DNA of 64,000 nucleotides from an uncultured Propionibacterium sp. (GTDB lineage Bacteria; Actinomycetota; Actinomycetes; Propionibacteriales; Propionibacteriaceae), in NCBI RefSeq assembly GCF_963539965.1, contig NZ_CAUTOU010000001.1, positions 6,479 to 70,478 of the forward strand, written 5' to 3'. The notes below the pieces were generated by a model, which worked only from the letters and a program-made list of their open reading frames with translations, did not search any database and was not told the origin of the DNA. Positions 19,011 through 28,461 of the stretch are shown here, one piece after another (the stretch's first letter is position 1; each line of letters starts with the position of its first letter). A program made the position numbers and the translations under genes.

Positions 19011-20339
19011 TCACCGGACGAGGGCCGGTTTCTTCGGGTCGAAGGCCCAGCCGGGGATGAGGTACTGCATGCCGATGGAGTCGTCGCGGGCCCCGGGCCC
19101 CGCCACCTTCTCCCGGTACAGCTCGTGGGCGGCGCCGATCCGCTCCATGTCCGGCTCGACGCCCAGACCGGGGGTTCCGGGGAGGTGCACCGTGCCGTTC
19201 TCGATGAGTGGGGGCGCGAGCGTCAGGCGCTCGACACCCTCCTGCCAGATCCAGTGGGTGTCGAAGGCGTTGTACTCGCCCGGGGCCGCAGCGCCGCACT
19301 GGACGGCCATGGCCAGGGAGATGTCGAAGTGGTTGTTGGAGTGGCAGCCCCAGGTGAGCCCCATGTCGTGGCACAGCTGGGCAACCCGCACCGAGCCCTG
19401 CATCGTCCAGAAGTGCGGATCGGCCAGCGGTATCGAGACCGCCTGAAGCGCTATCGAGTGGGTCATCTGGCGCCAGTCGGTGTCGACCATGTTCGTGGCA
19501 GTGGGCAGCCCGGTCGCCCGGCGGAACTCCGCGAGTACCTCGCGTCCGGAGAACCCGTCCTCGGCCCCGCAGGGGTCCTCGGCGTAGGCGAGCACCCCGA
19601 GGAGCGGCTTGCACAGCCGTACCGATTCATCCAGGGACCAGCAGCCGTTGGGGTCGAGGGTGATGCGCGCGGACGGGAAGCGCTCCTTGAGCGCGAGGAC
19701 CGCCCCGATCTCCTCCTCGGGCCTGAGCACCCCGCCCTTGAGCTTGAAGTCCTGGAAACCGTACTTCTCCTGGGCGGCCTCCCCCTGCCGGACGATCGCC
19801 TCGGGCGTCAGCGCCTCCTCGTGGCGGATCCGGTACCACGGGCAGCCGCTGTCGTCCTCGCGCAGATAGCCGAGGTCCGCCCGGCCGGAATCGGCGACGT
19901 AGAAGAGGTAGCCGAGGACCCGGACCTCGTCGCGCTGTTGCCCGTCGCCGAGGAGCTCGGCCACGGGCAGACCCGTGAACTGGCCGAACAGGTCCAGCAG
20001 AGCCGCCTCGATCGCCGTCACGGCATGGACCGCGGTGCGCTCGAAGGTCCAGAAGATGTCGGCGCCGTCGCGTCCGGTCACGATCTGCGCGACGCTGCGC
20101 AGGATCCGCTTGTATCCCGTGACGGGTTCGCCGAGAACGGCCTCGAAGCCGTCGCGGATCGCCGCCGTGATGCGCTCGGCGCCCGGGACCTCGCCGAGGC
20201 CGAGGCGGCCCTCCGAGTCGGTGAGGACTACGACGTTGCGGGTGAAGAGGGGCTGGTGGACGCCGGCGAGGTTGAGGAGCATCGAGTCGCGGCCGGCAAC
20301 CGGGTAGACATCGGCCCTGACGATGGTGGGAGTCTTCAC
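19011..20339 (-). CDS. gudD: D-glucarate dehydratase
   Basis: 442 aa. N-terminal ...[36 protein letters not shown] and an enolase-superfamily barrel. Length and pattern match GudD. Confidence 0.88.
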   Translation of the reverse strand: MKTPTIVRADVYPVAGRDSMLLNLAGVHQPLFTRNVVVLTDSEGRLGLGEVPGAERITAAIRDGFEAVLGEPVTGYKRILRSVAQIVTGRDGADIFWTFERTAVHAVTAIEAALLDLFGQFTGLPVAELLGDGQQRDEVRVLGYLFYVADSGRADLGYLREDDSGCPWYRIRHEEALTPEAIVRQGEAAQEKYGFQDFKLKGGVLRPEEEIGAVLALKERFPSARITLDPNGCWSLDESVRLCKPLLGVLAYAEDPCGAEDGFSGREVLAEFRRATGLPTATNMVDTDWRQMTHSIALQAVSIPLADPHFWTMQGSVRVAQLCHDMGLTWGCHSNNHFDISLAMAVQCGAAAPGEYNAFDTHWIWQEGVERLTLAPPLIENGTVHLPGTPGLGVEPDMERIGAAHELYREKVAGPGARDDSIGMQYLIPGWAFDPKKPALVR

Positions 20340-20376
20340 TGGTCATCCTCTCCGGGATAATTGACGGGCGCCCGGG

Positions 20377-21045
20377 TCACGCGGTGATGAAGAGACCCAG
20401 GAGCAGGCAGCCGCCGAGGCCGAGAAGGGCGAGCACCGTCGTATAGGTGGTGCGCACCTTGAGCGTGTCCTTGACCGAGAGGTTGAGGAACTCCTTGAAC
20501 ATCCAGAATCCCGGGTCGTTGAGGTGGGAGGCGATGACGGAGCCGCATGCGGTGGCGAGGACCATGAGCTCCGGGCTGGCAGCGCCGCTCGCCACCAGGG
20601 GCTGGGCTATGCCCGCGGCGGCGACCACGGCCGCCGACGCCGATCCGAGAGCGACGCGCATGAGGGCCGCGATGGCCCAGGCGAGAATGATCGGGGAGAC
20701 GTTCCATCCCCCCGTCATCTCGACGATGTAGTCGGAGATGCCGCCCGCTTGGAGGACCTGCTTGAAGGCGCCACCCGCGCCGATGATGAAGATGATCATC
20801 GCGATGGACTTGATGGAGGCGCTGCACGAGCCCATGAGCGTGTCCAGTGGCACCTTGCGCACCAGGGCGAAATAACAGACGGCGACGACGAGGCCGATGA
20901 GGAGGGCGACGGGGGCGTCGCCGATCGCGGCGAACACCTTCGTGACGACGTGGTCCTCGCCGAGCCACAGCTCGAAGATCGCCGAGCCCGCGATGAGGAC
21001 GACGGGCAGGGCCGTGATGCCGAGCGAGACCCCGAATCCCGGCAT
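20377..21045 (-). pseudogene. GntP-family permease, C-terminal half only
   Basis: About 222 aa correspond to the second half of about 450-aa GntP carriers (…GISDYIVEM…ALMRVALGSASAAVVAAAGI…GSVIASHLNDPGFWMFKEF…). The N-terminal half is absent in all frames, and the space is occupied by the divergent IclR gene starting at 21129. Confidence 0.7.
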
Positions 21046-21128
21046 GGTCTCGTCCGTGAACTCCTTCTCGCTCACGAGGCCCTCGGGGCCGCTGCGGCAA
21101 CGGATTCTCACCGGTGAAAGGACTTCCC

Positions 21129-21896
21129 ATGACGAGCACCCCCGACGCAGCGGGCGGCGTTCGTGACGTGAAGTCCGCAGGCCGGACGATCGAGCTCCTC
21201 GAGTTCCTCGCGGGCCGTCAGGCGCGCCCGCCACGGCTCAACGAGATAGCCCAGGCTCTGGACGCGCCCCGGTCCTCCGTGTATGCGATCATCAGGACGC
21301 TGCAGGCGCGGGGATGGGTCCAGGCAAGCCCTCCGGAGGGGTACTCCCTGGGCATCCGCGCCCTCACCGCGGGCACCTCGTACATCGACGCCGACCCTCA
21401 CGTGAGGATCGTCCGCCCGCTCCTGACCGATCTCGCCACCCGCTTCGACGAGACCTTCCACCTCGGGCGCATCGATTCCCACCACGTCGTCTATCTCGTC
21501 ACCCAGGAGTCTCGCCAGGACATCCGGACGTACTCCCGCGTCGGGCGCCGGATGCCCGCCACCGCAACGGGGCTCGGCAAAGCGCTTCTCGCCGAACGCC
21601 CCGAGCTCATCCCGGTCTCGTTCGAACGGCTTACCCCGCGGTCCATCACGGATGCCCGGGAGTTCGCGCAGGAGATGAGGAGGACCCGCTCGCGCGGATA
21701 CGCCGTCGACGACGAGGAGAGCACGATCGGCCTGCGGTGCATCGCATTCGCTCTGCCCTATGCCGCGCCCGTGACCGACGCGATCTCCTGCTCCCTGCCC
21801 GTCTCACGCGCAACCCAGGAGCGTCAGGCCGAGATCGTTGCGGCGATGCGCATGGCCGTCGAGCGAGCCGTCAGCCAGGCTCCACTGCGCCCGTAG
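21129..21896 (+). CDS. IclR-family transcriptional regulator
   Basis: AGRTIELLEFLAG....PRLNEIAQALDAPRSSVYAIIRTLQARGWV HTH, followed by a C-terminal IclR effector domain (GLRCIAFAL). Confidence 0.88.
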   Translation: MTSTPDAAGGVRDVKSAGRTIELLEFLAGRQARPPRLNEIAQALDAPRSSVYAIIRTLQARGWVQASPPEGYSLGIRALTAGTSYIDADPHVRIVRPLLTDLATRFDETFHLGRIDSHHVVYLVTQESRQDIRTYSRVGRRMPATATGLGKALLAERPELIPVSFERLTPRSITDAREFAQEMRRTRSRGYAVDDEESTIGLRCIAFALPYAAPVTDAISCSLPVSRATQERQAEIVAAMRMAVERAVSQAPLRP

Positions 21897-21979
21897 ACCC
21901 GTAGGCCGCTGTGGCACCGCCCCGGTCCGAGACGCGAGAAGACCCCACCCGAATGGGCAGGGGCCTGATGGGACCGCGG

Positions 21980-22052
21980 CTCCCCCGACTGGACTCGAAC
22001 CAGTAACCCTCTGATTAACAGTCAGATGCTCTGCCAATTGAGCTACAGGGGA
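21980..22052 (-). tRNA. tRNA-Asn (anticodon GTT)
   Basis: 73-nt cloverleaf folded by hand. Acceptor TCCCCTG/CGGGGGA, D stem GCTC/GAGC, anticodon stem TCTGA/TCAGA with loop CTGTTAA, T arm ACTGG-TTCGAGT-CCAGT, discriminator G. CCA is not encoded. Confidence 0.92.
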
Positions 22053-22154
22053 CCGGCCGCGCGCTTGGTGCCTGACCGCGTCGAGCGCTTGGCGCGTGGA
22101 AGAACGCTACCAGCTTCGGGGCAGAAAGAAAAATCGGGCCCGGCCGGCGCTCCT

Positions 22155-22691
22155 CTACAGGCCGAACTCATCGGCCAAGCGCCCGCTCTGGTTGACGATG
22201 AACTCCCGCACTGCCGGATCGGTCATGTCCACGCGGGCCGACGGCTCGGCCATCCACATGATCTCGCCGGTACCGGCCGGGTTGCGCCGCCCGCTGAGCA
22301 CCACCGATCCCCCTCCGGGCGCCTCGATCCTCTCCTGGACGAGGATCGAGGCCTGCACGCGCTCCATGAAGGCCCCGGGCAGCCGACCCGCGTCGGTCAG
22401 CACTGCGGAGTCCTGTGCACCGTCGACGAGCGTCCATGACAGACGGCCGTCGCCCCCGTCCCAGGAGCCGTGCTGGATGTCCTGCCAGCCCACCTGGCTC
22501 CAGTGCCCCTCGCGCCGGAGGGCGAAGGCATCGCGGAGGACCACCGCGACGATCCCCTCGCCCCGCCCGGAGGCGATGACGTGAGGGGTCCTCCCCCGCA
22601 GTCCGCGCAGGCCCCTGAGCTCCTCGCGCGAGGGCGAGGCGGCATCGCGTCTGATCATTCGCATGCACCCATTGTGGCCGGAGGGGTTCAT
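22155..22691 (-). CDS. Hypothetical protein, translationally coupled to the upstream sigma-factor gene
   Basis: 178-aa ORF. Its ATG (22691) overlaps the sigma gene stop (ATGA). No motif recognised. Confidence 0.55.
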   Translation of the reverse strand: MNPSGHNGCMRMIRRDAASPSREELRGLRGLRGRTPHVIASGRGEGIVAVVLRDAFALRREGHWSQVGWQDIQHGSWDGGDGRLSWTLVDGAQDSAVLTDAGRLPGAFMERVQASILVQERIEAPGGGSVVLSGRRNPAGTGEIMWMAEPSARVDMTDPAVREFIVNQSGRLADEFGL

Positions 22692-23428
22692 GCGGCCAGG
22701 GCCTGTACGGCGAGTCGCCTCCCCCGTTCCAGAGCCCGCCGCTTGGTGCGCGCCACACTGGCCACGCTGACACCCATGCTGCGGCTCATCTGGGCGAGTG
22801 TCCGGGGCTCACGACCGTCCAGGCCGAAGGCCATGACGAGCACGCGCCTCTCGTCGCCCGGCAGCGCGTCGAGCCAGTCGACGCCGGCGCCCTGCTCGTC
22901 GCGACGGTCGGCGGCGAGGTTCTCACCGGTGTCGGGCCTGCTCGTCCACAGGGAGCTCAGACGCACCGCCTCGCCGCCGGGGGCGGCGGCCAGCCGCCTG
23001 ACGAGCGAACGCCCGCCCATGCCCGCGCTGTGCTGCTGGGCGCCGATGGAACCGACGCGCTGGGAGACGATCAGCCAGGCCAGTGTGCTGAACCGGGCGC
23101 CGCGGCGCCAGTCCCAGCGGTGGATGGCCTCGACCAGGGCAGCGCCGCCTTCGGCGACGAGCTCCTCGAGCTCGGCCACGCCGGGCTTGTCCCACTTGCG
23201 CGCGATGCGCCGCACCATGGCCGTGTTCGCCCGCCAGAAGACGAGAAGGGCACGCTCGCCCTGTTCGGCGATCAACTCCAGCTCGGCAGTAGTGGCGCCC
23301 GCCGCCCACAGGCCCCCGGCCAGGCAGTGCCGGGCGTAGAGCCCGGCCTCGATGGCCTTCGCCAGGGCGATCTCCTGGTCGGCTGTGAGCCGGTTCGGTT
23401 CGTCCGTGATGATTTCGATGGCATCCAT
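22688..23428 (-). CDS. Sigma-70 family RNA polymerase sigma factor, strongly diverged group 1/2-like paralogue without region 1.1
   Basis: 246 aa from ATG 23428. Region 1.2-like DQEIALAKAIEAGLYARHCL. Region 2 is recognisable but altered (ANTAMVRRIARKW, FSTLAWLIVSQRV versus canonical NLRLVVS, FSTYATWWIRQA). Region 4.2 HTH is RTLAQMSRSMGVSVASVARTKRRALER. Confidence 0.75.
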   Translation of the reverse strand: MDAIEIITDEPNRLTADQEIALAKAIEAGLYARHCLAGGLWAAGATTAELELIAEQGERALLVFWRANTAMVRRIARKWDKPGVAELEELVAEGGAALVEAIHRWDWRRGARFSTLAWLIVSQRVGSIGAQQHSAGMGGRSLVRRLAAAPGGEAVRLSSLWTSRPDTGENLAADRRDEQGAGVDWLDALPGDERRVLVMAFGLDGREPRTLAQMSRSMGVSVASVARTKRRALERGRRLAVQALAA

Positions 23429-23540
23429 GGCCCAAGCCTGGCGGCACGGCGCGACCGCCTCCAGCGCTGTGGACACCGGGGAACGGACAACACCGGTTCC
23501 TGTGGAGAGCCCCGCAGGAGCGCCCGGCCGTGCTAACGGC

Positions 23541-25415
23541 TCACTCGAGGAAGCCGATACTGGCCTCGGCGAGCTGCTTGCGGTCGATCTCGAGGGCCAG
23601 CATCCGGGCGAACATCTCGTCGTATCCGGCCTGGTCGCTCACGGGATTGGTGCGCTGCAGGCGCGACTTCAGGTCGGCTATGCGCCGCATCGTGGTGAGC
23701 ATGCGCAGCTTCGAGGTGTACGCGGCGGCATAGCGCTCAGTGGGTTCCTCGCTCAGCAGCGGTTCCACGAGCAGGGCGACCTCGAGCTGGCGGGCCGTGG
23801 GATCGGGCGTGGCCGCCTGGACCTGCTCGGCCCAGCCCTGCGGTTGGTAGCCGGTCTCCGCGATGGCCTCGAAGACCGCGCGCATGGCCGGGTGGGTGAA
23901 GTCCTCGGCGCTCACGCCGTTCCAGGCGCTGTCGAACAGGGTCGGGCGCTGCAGCATGAGCTGGAGCGTGCCGCGCTCGACGTCCAGACGGTGGTCCTGC
24001 GGATCCGGCCAGGGCAGGCCGACCGGCATGGGCGTGTCCGGCTCGGGCTCGACGATGCGGGCCGGTGCGCGCTCGGGCTCGGGTCTGCGGGGCCCGCGGC
24101 CGCGCTCGCGGCTGACGATCCGGCGCACCTCGTCGGGGTCCATGCCCACCAAGCGCGAGAGGTCGTGGATGTACTCCTCGACCAGCGAGGAGTCGCGGAT
24201 CGAGGCGACCATGCCGACCGCTGCGCGTACGGCGCCGACCCGGCCGTCGGCGCGATCGAGGTCGTAGCCGTCGATCGTGCGGGCCATGACGTACCGGTAC
24301 AGGGGTTCGCGACGCCCGATGAGCTCGCGCACGGCCGCATCGCCTTGGGCCATGCGCAGATCGCACGGGTCCAGACCGCTCGGCTCGACCGCCACGTAGG
24401 TCTGCGCGGTGAAGGAACGGTCGAGCCTGTAGACCTTCAGGGCGGCGGCCTGGCCGGCCCGGTCCCCGTCGAAGGTGAAGACGATCTCGCCACGGGTGAC
24501 GTCGGAGTTGCCCATGAGGCGCTGCAGCAGGCGGGCGTGGTCCTCGCCGAAGGCGGTGCCGCAGACGGCCACCGCCGTGTCGACGCCGGCCAGGTGGGCG
24601 CTCATCACGTCGGTGTAGCCCTCCATGACGACGGCCTGCAGCTTCTTGCCGATGTTCTGGCGGGCCAGGTCGAGCCCGTACAGGACGTGGGACTTCTTGT
24701 AGACGGGCGTCTCGGGCGTGTTGATGTACTTGGCGGGCAGGCGGTCGTCTTCGTACAGGCGGCGGGCGCCGAAACCGAGCACGGAGCGTCCGGAGTCCTT
24801 GATGGGCCAGATGACGCGGCCCTGGAAGTAGTCCCAGCCCCCGTGCTCGCGGATGAGGCCGGCGCGGACGAGCTCGTCATCGCGGAAACCGGCCCTGTTC
24901 AGGTGCCGGTGCAGGACCCGGCCGTCCTTGGGCGCGTAGCCGACGCCGAACAGCTGGGCCGCGGCGCGGTCGAAGCCACGGCCGTCGAGCATGCGGCGGG
25001 CCTCGATGGCCTCGGGGGCGGCCAGCTGGGCCGCGAAGAAGTCGGCGGCGATCCGATTGGCCTCCATGATGCGCACGCGCTGGCCGGGCGGCATCGAGGG
25101 CCGGCCGTCGTCGACGACGCGCAACTGAACGCCGGTCTTGTCGGCCAGGACCTGGACGGCCTCGGTGAAGGAGAGATTGTCGACCTTCTGCATGAAGGTG
25201 ATGACATCGCCGCCCTCGCCGCAGCCGAAGCAGTAGAACAGGCCGCGTGCAGGAGTCACCTGGAAGCTCGGGGTCTTCTCGTCGTGGAAGGGGCACAGGC
25301 CCTTGAGCGAGCCCCCGCCGGCGTTGCGCAGCGCCACATAGGACCCGACGACGTCATCGATCCGGGCGCGTTCCCTGACCAGGGCGATGTCTTCGTCGTT
25401 GATGCGTCCGGCCAT
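23541..25415 (-). CDS. dnaG: DNA primase
   Basis: 624 aa. Zinc finger CPFHDEKTPSFQV...FYCFGCGEGGD, TOPRIM region EGYTDV and a C-terminal helicase-interaction domain. Confidence 0.95.
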   Translation of the reverse strand: MAGRINDEDIALVRERARIDDVVGSYVALRNAGGGSLKGLCPFHDEKTPSFQVTPARGLFYCFGCGEGGDVITFMQKVDNLSFTEAVQVLADKTGVQLRVVDDGRPSMPPGQRVRIMEANRIAADFFAAQLAAPEAIEARRMLDGRGFDRAAAQLFGVGYAPKDGRVLHRHLNRAGFRDDELVRAGLIREHGGWDYFQGRVIWPIKDSGRSVLGFGARRLYEDDRLPAKYINTPETPVYKKSHVLYGLDLARQNIGKKLQAVVMEGYTDVMSAHLAGVDTAVAVCGTAFGEDHARLLQRLMGNSDVTRGEIVFTFDGDRAGQAAALKVYRLDRSFTAQTYVAVEPSGLDPCDLRMAQGDAAVRELIGRREPLYRYVMARTIDGYDLDRADGRVGAVRAAVGMVASIRDSSLVEEYIHDLSRLVGMDPDEVRRIVSRERGRGPRRPEPERAPARIVEPEPDTPMPVGLPWPDPQDHRLDVERGTLQLMLQRPTLFDSAWNGVSAEDFTHPAMRAVFEAIAETGYQPQGWAEQVQAATPDPTARQLEVALLVEPLLSEEPTERYAAAYTSKLRMLTTMRRIADLKSRLQRTNPVSDQAGYDEMFARMLALEIDRKQLAEASIGFLE

Positions 25416-25483
25416 GCCCGAATTCTATGCGTCCGGCGAGTCCGGCCGAACCGGCCGAGGCCGCGTACGGGCCCGCAATCGTC

Positions 25484-25990
25484 TCAACCGCGTCCCTCGG
25501 TGACGACGACCATGCGCAGCGCCGCGACGGCGGCCTCGTAGCCGTGGTCCTTCGCCGACCCGGGCAGTCCGGCGCGATCGCGCGCCTGTTCGACGCTCGC
25601 GCAGGTCAGCAGGCCGAAGCCGACGGGCTTGCCGGCGTCCAGCCCGACCCTGGTGAGACCGGCCGTGGCGGCGTCGCAGACGTAGTCGAAGTGCGGGGTG
25701 CCGCCGCGCACGACGACACCGAGGGCGACGGCGGCGTCGTGGTCGCGCAGGGCCGCCTGGGTGCCGAGCGGCAGCTCGAAGCTGCCGGGCACCCGTACCA
25801 GGTCGGGCGTGATCCCGGCGTCGGCGCAGGCCCGGATGGCGCCTCCGATGAGGCCGTCCATGATCTCGCCGTACCAGCTGGCGGCGACGATGGCGACGCT
25901 CACGGGTCGTCCGTCTCCGTGCCGGCCGGCGTCGGCGGTGAGGGCGGGAAGGTCGATGGCGTTGGCCGGGGCCCCGTCGGTGCGGGTCAT
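25484..25990 (-). CDS. ribH: 6,7-dimethyl-8-ribityllumazine synthase
   Basis: 168 aa from ATG 25990 (RBS GGAGGAA). VAIVAASWYGEIMDGL...VRVPGSFELP...GVVVRGGTPHFDYV. Confidence 0.92.
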   Translation of the reverse strand: MTRTDGAPANAIDLPALTADAGRHGDGRPVSVAIVAASWYGEIMDGLIGGAIRACADAGITPDLVRVPGSFELPLGTQAALRDHDAAVALGVVVRGGTPHFDYVCDAATAGLTRVGLDAGKPVGFGLLTCASVEQARDRAGLPGSAKDHGYEAAVAALRMVVVTEGRG

Positions 25991-26001
25991 GGGTTCCTCC
26001 T

Positions 26002-26643
26002 TCAGTCCAGGTCCAGCAGATGGTTCATGCGGTCGCGTTTGGTACGCAGATAGCCGATGTTCTCGGGCCGGGCCCGCACCTGGTCGGGCTCCAGGGCGAC
26101 CACCTCGATGCCCGCGGCGCGCAGGCCGACGGCCTTCGCGGGATTGTTGGTGAGCAGCCTGATGCTCGTCATGCCGATCCCCCGCAGGATCGTGGCGGCC
26201 GACTCGTAGCTGCGCGCCTCGGCGGGCAGCCCGAGCAGCTCGTTGGCCGCCACGGTGTCGGCTCCCTGCTCCTGGAGCCGGTAGGCGCGGAGCTTGTTGA
26301 ACAGGCCGACGCCCCGTCCTTCCTGATCGCGCAGGTAGACGATGGCGCCTCCCCGGTCGGCGACCATGCCCATGGCGGCGTGGAGCTGTTCGCCGCAGTC
26401 GCAACGGTGCGAGCCGAATACGTCGCCGGTAAGGCATTCGGAGTGCACGCGCACGAGCGGGACGCCCCCGTCGGGCACCGGGACGACCAGGCTCATGTGC
26501 TCGATGCCGTCGATGCGCCAGCACCGGACGGTGAAGGGGCCCCACCGGGTGGGCAGCGTGACGGGGTCGGTGCACTCCACCCCCGGTTCGATCTCATGGA
26601 CGGCGGCCTCGTCGAGCGCTCGATCCATCCCCTGGGCGCTCAC
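26002..26643 (-). CDS. ribA: GTP cyclohydrolase II (monofunctional, no DHBP synthase domain)
   Basis: 213 aa. VRVHSECLTGDVFGSHRCDCGEQL...YLRDQEGRGVGL...RLLTNNP. The start overlaps the ribE stop. Confidence 0.9.
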   Translation of the reverse strand: MSAQGMDRALDEAAVHEIEPGVECTDPVTLPTRWGPFTVRCWRIDGIEHMSLVVPVPDGGVPLVRVHSECLTGDVFGSHRCDCGEQLHAAMGMVADRGGAIVYLRDQEGRGVGLFNKLRAYRLQEQGADTVAANELLGLPAEARSYESAATILRGIGMTSIRLLTNNPAKAVGLRAAGIEVVALEPDQVRARPENIGYLRTKRDRMNHLLDLD

Positions 26644-27275
26644 TCGTGGCCCCCGGCGGCCGCGAAGGCCATGAGGCGGTCCACGTACTTGGCGAGGACG
26701 TCGGTCTCGATGTTCACCAGGTCACCCGCGCGCAGCCCGCCGAGGCGGGTCCCGGTGAGGGTGCTGGGGATGAGACCGACCTCGAACCAGCCGTCCTCGT
26801 CGCCGGGGGCGCTGACCGCGGTGACGGTGAGCGAGACGCCGTCCACGGCGATTGCGCCCTTCTCCGCGATCTGCGGGCTCAGGCGCGCCGGGACGCCGAC
26901 GCGCAGCGCCGTCCAGGCGCCCTGCTGGACGATCGACAGCACACGGCCGGCGCCATCCACGTGCCCCTGGACGACGTGGCCGTCCAAGCGCCCGTCGGCG
27001 GGCACGCAGCGCTCCAGATCGACGACATCGCCGGGGCCCAGCCGGCCCAGGTTGGTGCGGTTCATGGTCTCGCCCATGAGCTCGGCGACGAACATACCGG
27101 GATGGGCGGGGTCGGCGATCGAGGTCAGGCAGGCGCCGTTGACGGCCAGCGAGCCGCCGGCGGGCAGGTCGTCGGCGACGCCGTGGGCGTCGACGACCAG
27201 GCGCGCGATGCCGGGGGCCGCGCCGGGGTCGAGCTCGGCGACGGTTCCCAGTCCAGTCACGATTCCGGTGAACAT
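26640..27275 (-). CDS. ribE: Riboflavin synthase (alpha chain)
   Basis: 211 aa from ATG 27275 (RBS AAGGAGGA). MFTGIVTGLGTV...GGSLAVNGACLT...GDVVDLE...GHVDG...IAVDGVSLTV. Confidence 0.92.
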   Translation of the reverse strand: MFTGIVTGLGTVAELDPGAAPGIARLVVDAHGVADDLPAGGSLAVNGACLTSIADPAHPGMFVAELMGETMNRTNLGRLGPGDVVDLERCVPADGRLDGHVVQGHVDGAGRVLSIVQQGAWTALRVGVPARLSPQIAEKGAIAVDGVSLTVTAVSAPGDEDGWFEVGLIPSTLTGTRLGGLRAGDLVNIETDVLAKYVDRLMAFAAAGGHE

Positions 27276-28375
27276 GCTCCTCCTTGCGGGTCGGTGGTCC
27301 TCCGGCCATCCGCTGAGCGGCGGGACGCGGGTCGGAGGGTGATCTCGAGGTCCTCCCCGAGGGTGCGGACGGGCCCGTCCAGCCGCCACCGGACGGCCTC
27401 GCCGAGCGTGCCGACACGCAGGGCTCCGGCGGCCCTGGCCCCGGGGCCGAGCATGAGCGGCGCCTGGTGGACGACGAGGGTGTCCACCAGGTCGGCGCCG
27501 ATGAAGGCACTGGTGATCGACGGGCCGCCCTCGACCAGGACGTGCCCGATCCCCGTGCCGGCGAGTTCGGCGAGCACCCCGACCGGGTCATGGCCGGCGA
27601 TCTGCACCCAGCGGCCCTCGCGCAGCGCGGCACCGGCGGGGACGGGGCGCATGCCCATGACGACGTGCAAGGGCTGGCGCTCGAGCAGCGCGCCGTCATC
27701 GTCGCGAGCGGTGAGTCTGGGGTCGTCGGCGAGTACCGTTCCGGTGCCGACGAGGATCGCATCCGCCCGGGCGCGCAGGTCGTGGCCGGACCGACGGGCC
27801 GTCTCACCGGTGATCCACCGGCTCGTGCCGTCCGCCGCGGCGATGCACCCGTCGAGGCTCTGGGCGATCTTGGCCGTCACGTACGGCCGTCCCTGGGCCG
27901 TGGCGAGCAGCCAGCGCTCGTTGAGTTCGCGGGAGGACTCGGCCATGAGCCCCTCGACGGTCTCCACGCCCGCGCCGCGGAGCCTGGCCGCCCCGCCCGC
28001 GGCGACCGCATGCGGATCGGCCATGGCGTAGACGACCCGGGATACCCCGGCGTCGATGAGCGCCTGGGAGCAGGGTCCGGTGAGCCCGGTGTGATTGCAC
28101 GGTTCGAGGGTGACGACGGCGGTGGCGCCACGCACGTCCTGCCCCGCCCTGCGCGCGGCGGCCAGGGCGTCGATCTCGGCGTGCGGGGTGCCCGCCCCCC
28201 GGTGGTGGCCGACGGCGACGACGCGCCCGTGACTGACGACGGCCGCTCCGACGAGGGGATTGGCGCCGCGGACGCCCTCGGCGGCGGCCTGCAGCGCCAG
28301 ATCCATGGCCTGCGCCTCGAGCGGCGTCACGGTGGGACGCGCCTGCCCGGCACCCCGGTCCGTCTGCGGGCTCAT
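27257..28375 (-). CDS. ribD: Bifunctional riboflavin biosynthesis deaminase/reductase
   Basis: 372 aa. Deaminase zinc site HAEIDAL...TLEPCNHTGLTGPC, followed by a reductase domain. Confidence 0.92.
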   Translation of the reverse strand: MSPQTDRGAGQARPTVTPLEAQAMDLALQAAAEGVRGANPLVGAAVVSHGRVVAVGHHRGAGTPHAEIDALAAARRAGQDVRGATAVVTLEPCNHTGLTGPCSQALIDAGVSRVVYAMADPHAVAAGGAARLRGAGVETVEGLMAESSRELNERWLLATAQGRPYVTAKIAQSLDGCIAAADGTSRWITGETARRSGHDLRARADAILVGTGTVLADDPRLTARDDDGALLERQPLHVVMGMRPVPAGAALREGRWVQIAGHDPVGVLAELAGTGIGHVLVEGGPSITSAFIGADLVDTLVVHQAPLMLGPGARAAGALRVGTLGEAVRWRLDGPVRTLGEDLEITLRPASRRSADGRRTTDPQGGACSPES

Positions 28376-28461
28376 CGGTCCCCCTCCCAGGCTTCCTCGC
28401 CCGGGGCCGTGGGATGTCGACGGGAGGTGATCGGCGGCCGGCGATCGCGCGCCGCGCCGGC

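Noticed and set aside
21804-22037. 77-aa ORF on the minus strand
   Set aside because: It overlaps the hand-folded tRNA-Asn and has no coding features.
21897-22154. tRNA-Asn as a possible integration hotspot
   Set aside because: No integrase, phage gene or obvious repeat of the tRNA 3' end is adjacent. The integrase remnant in this window is 28 kb away.
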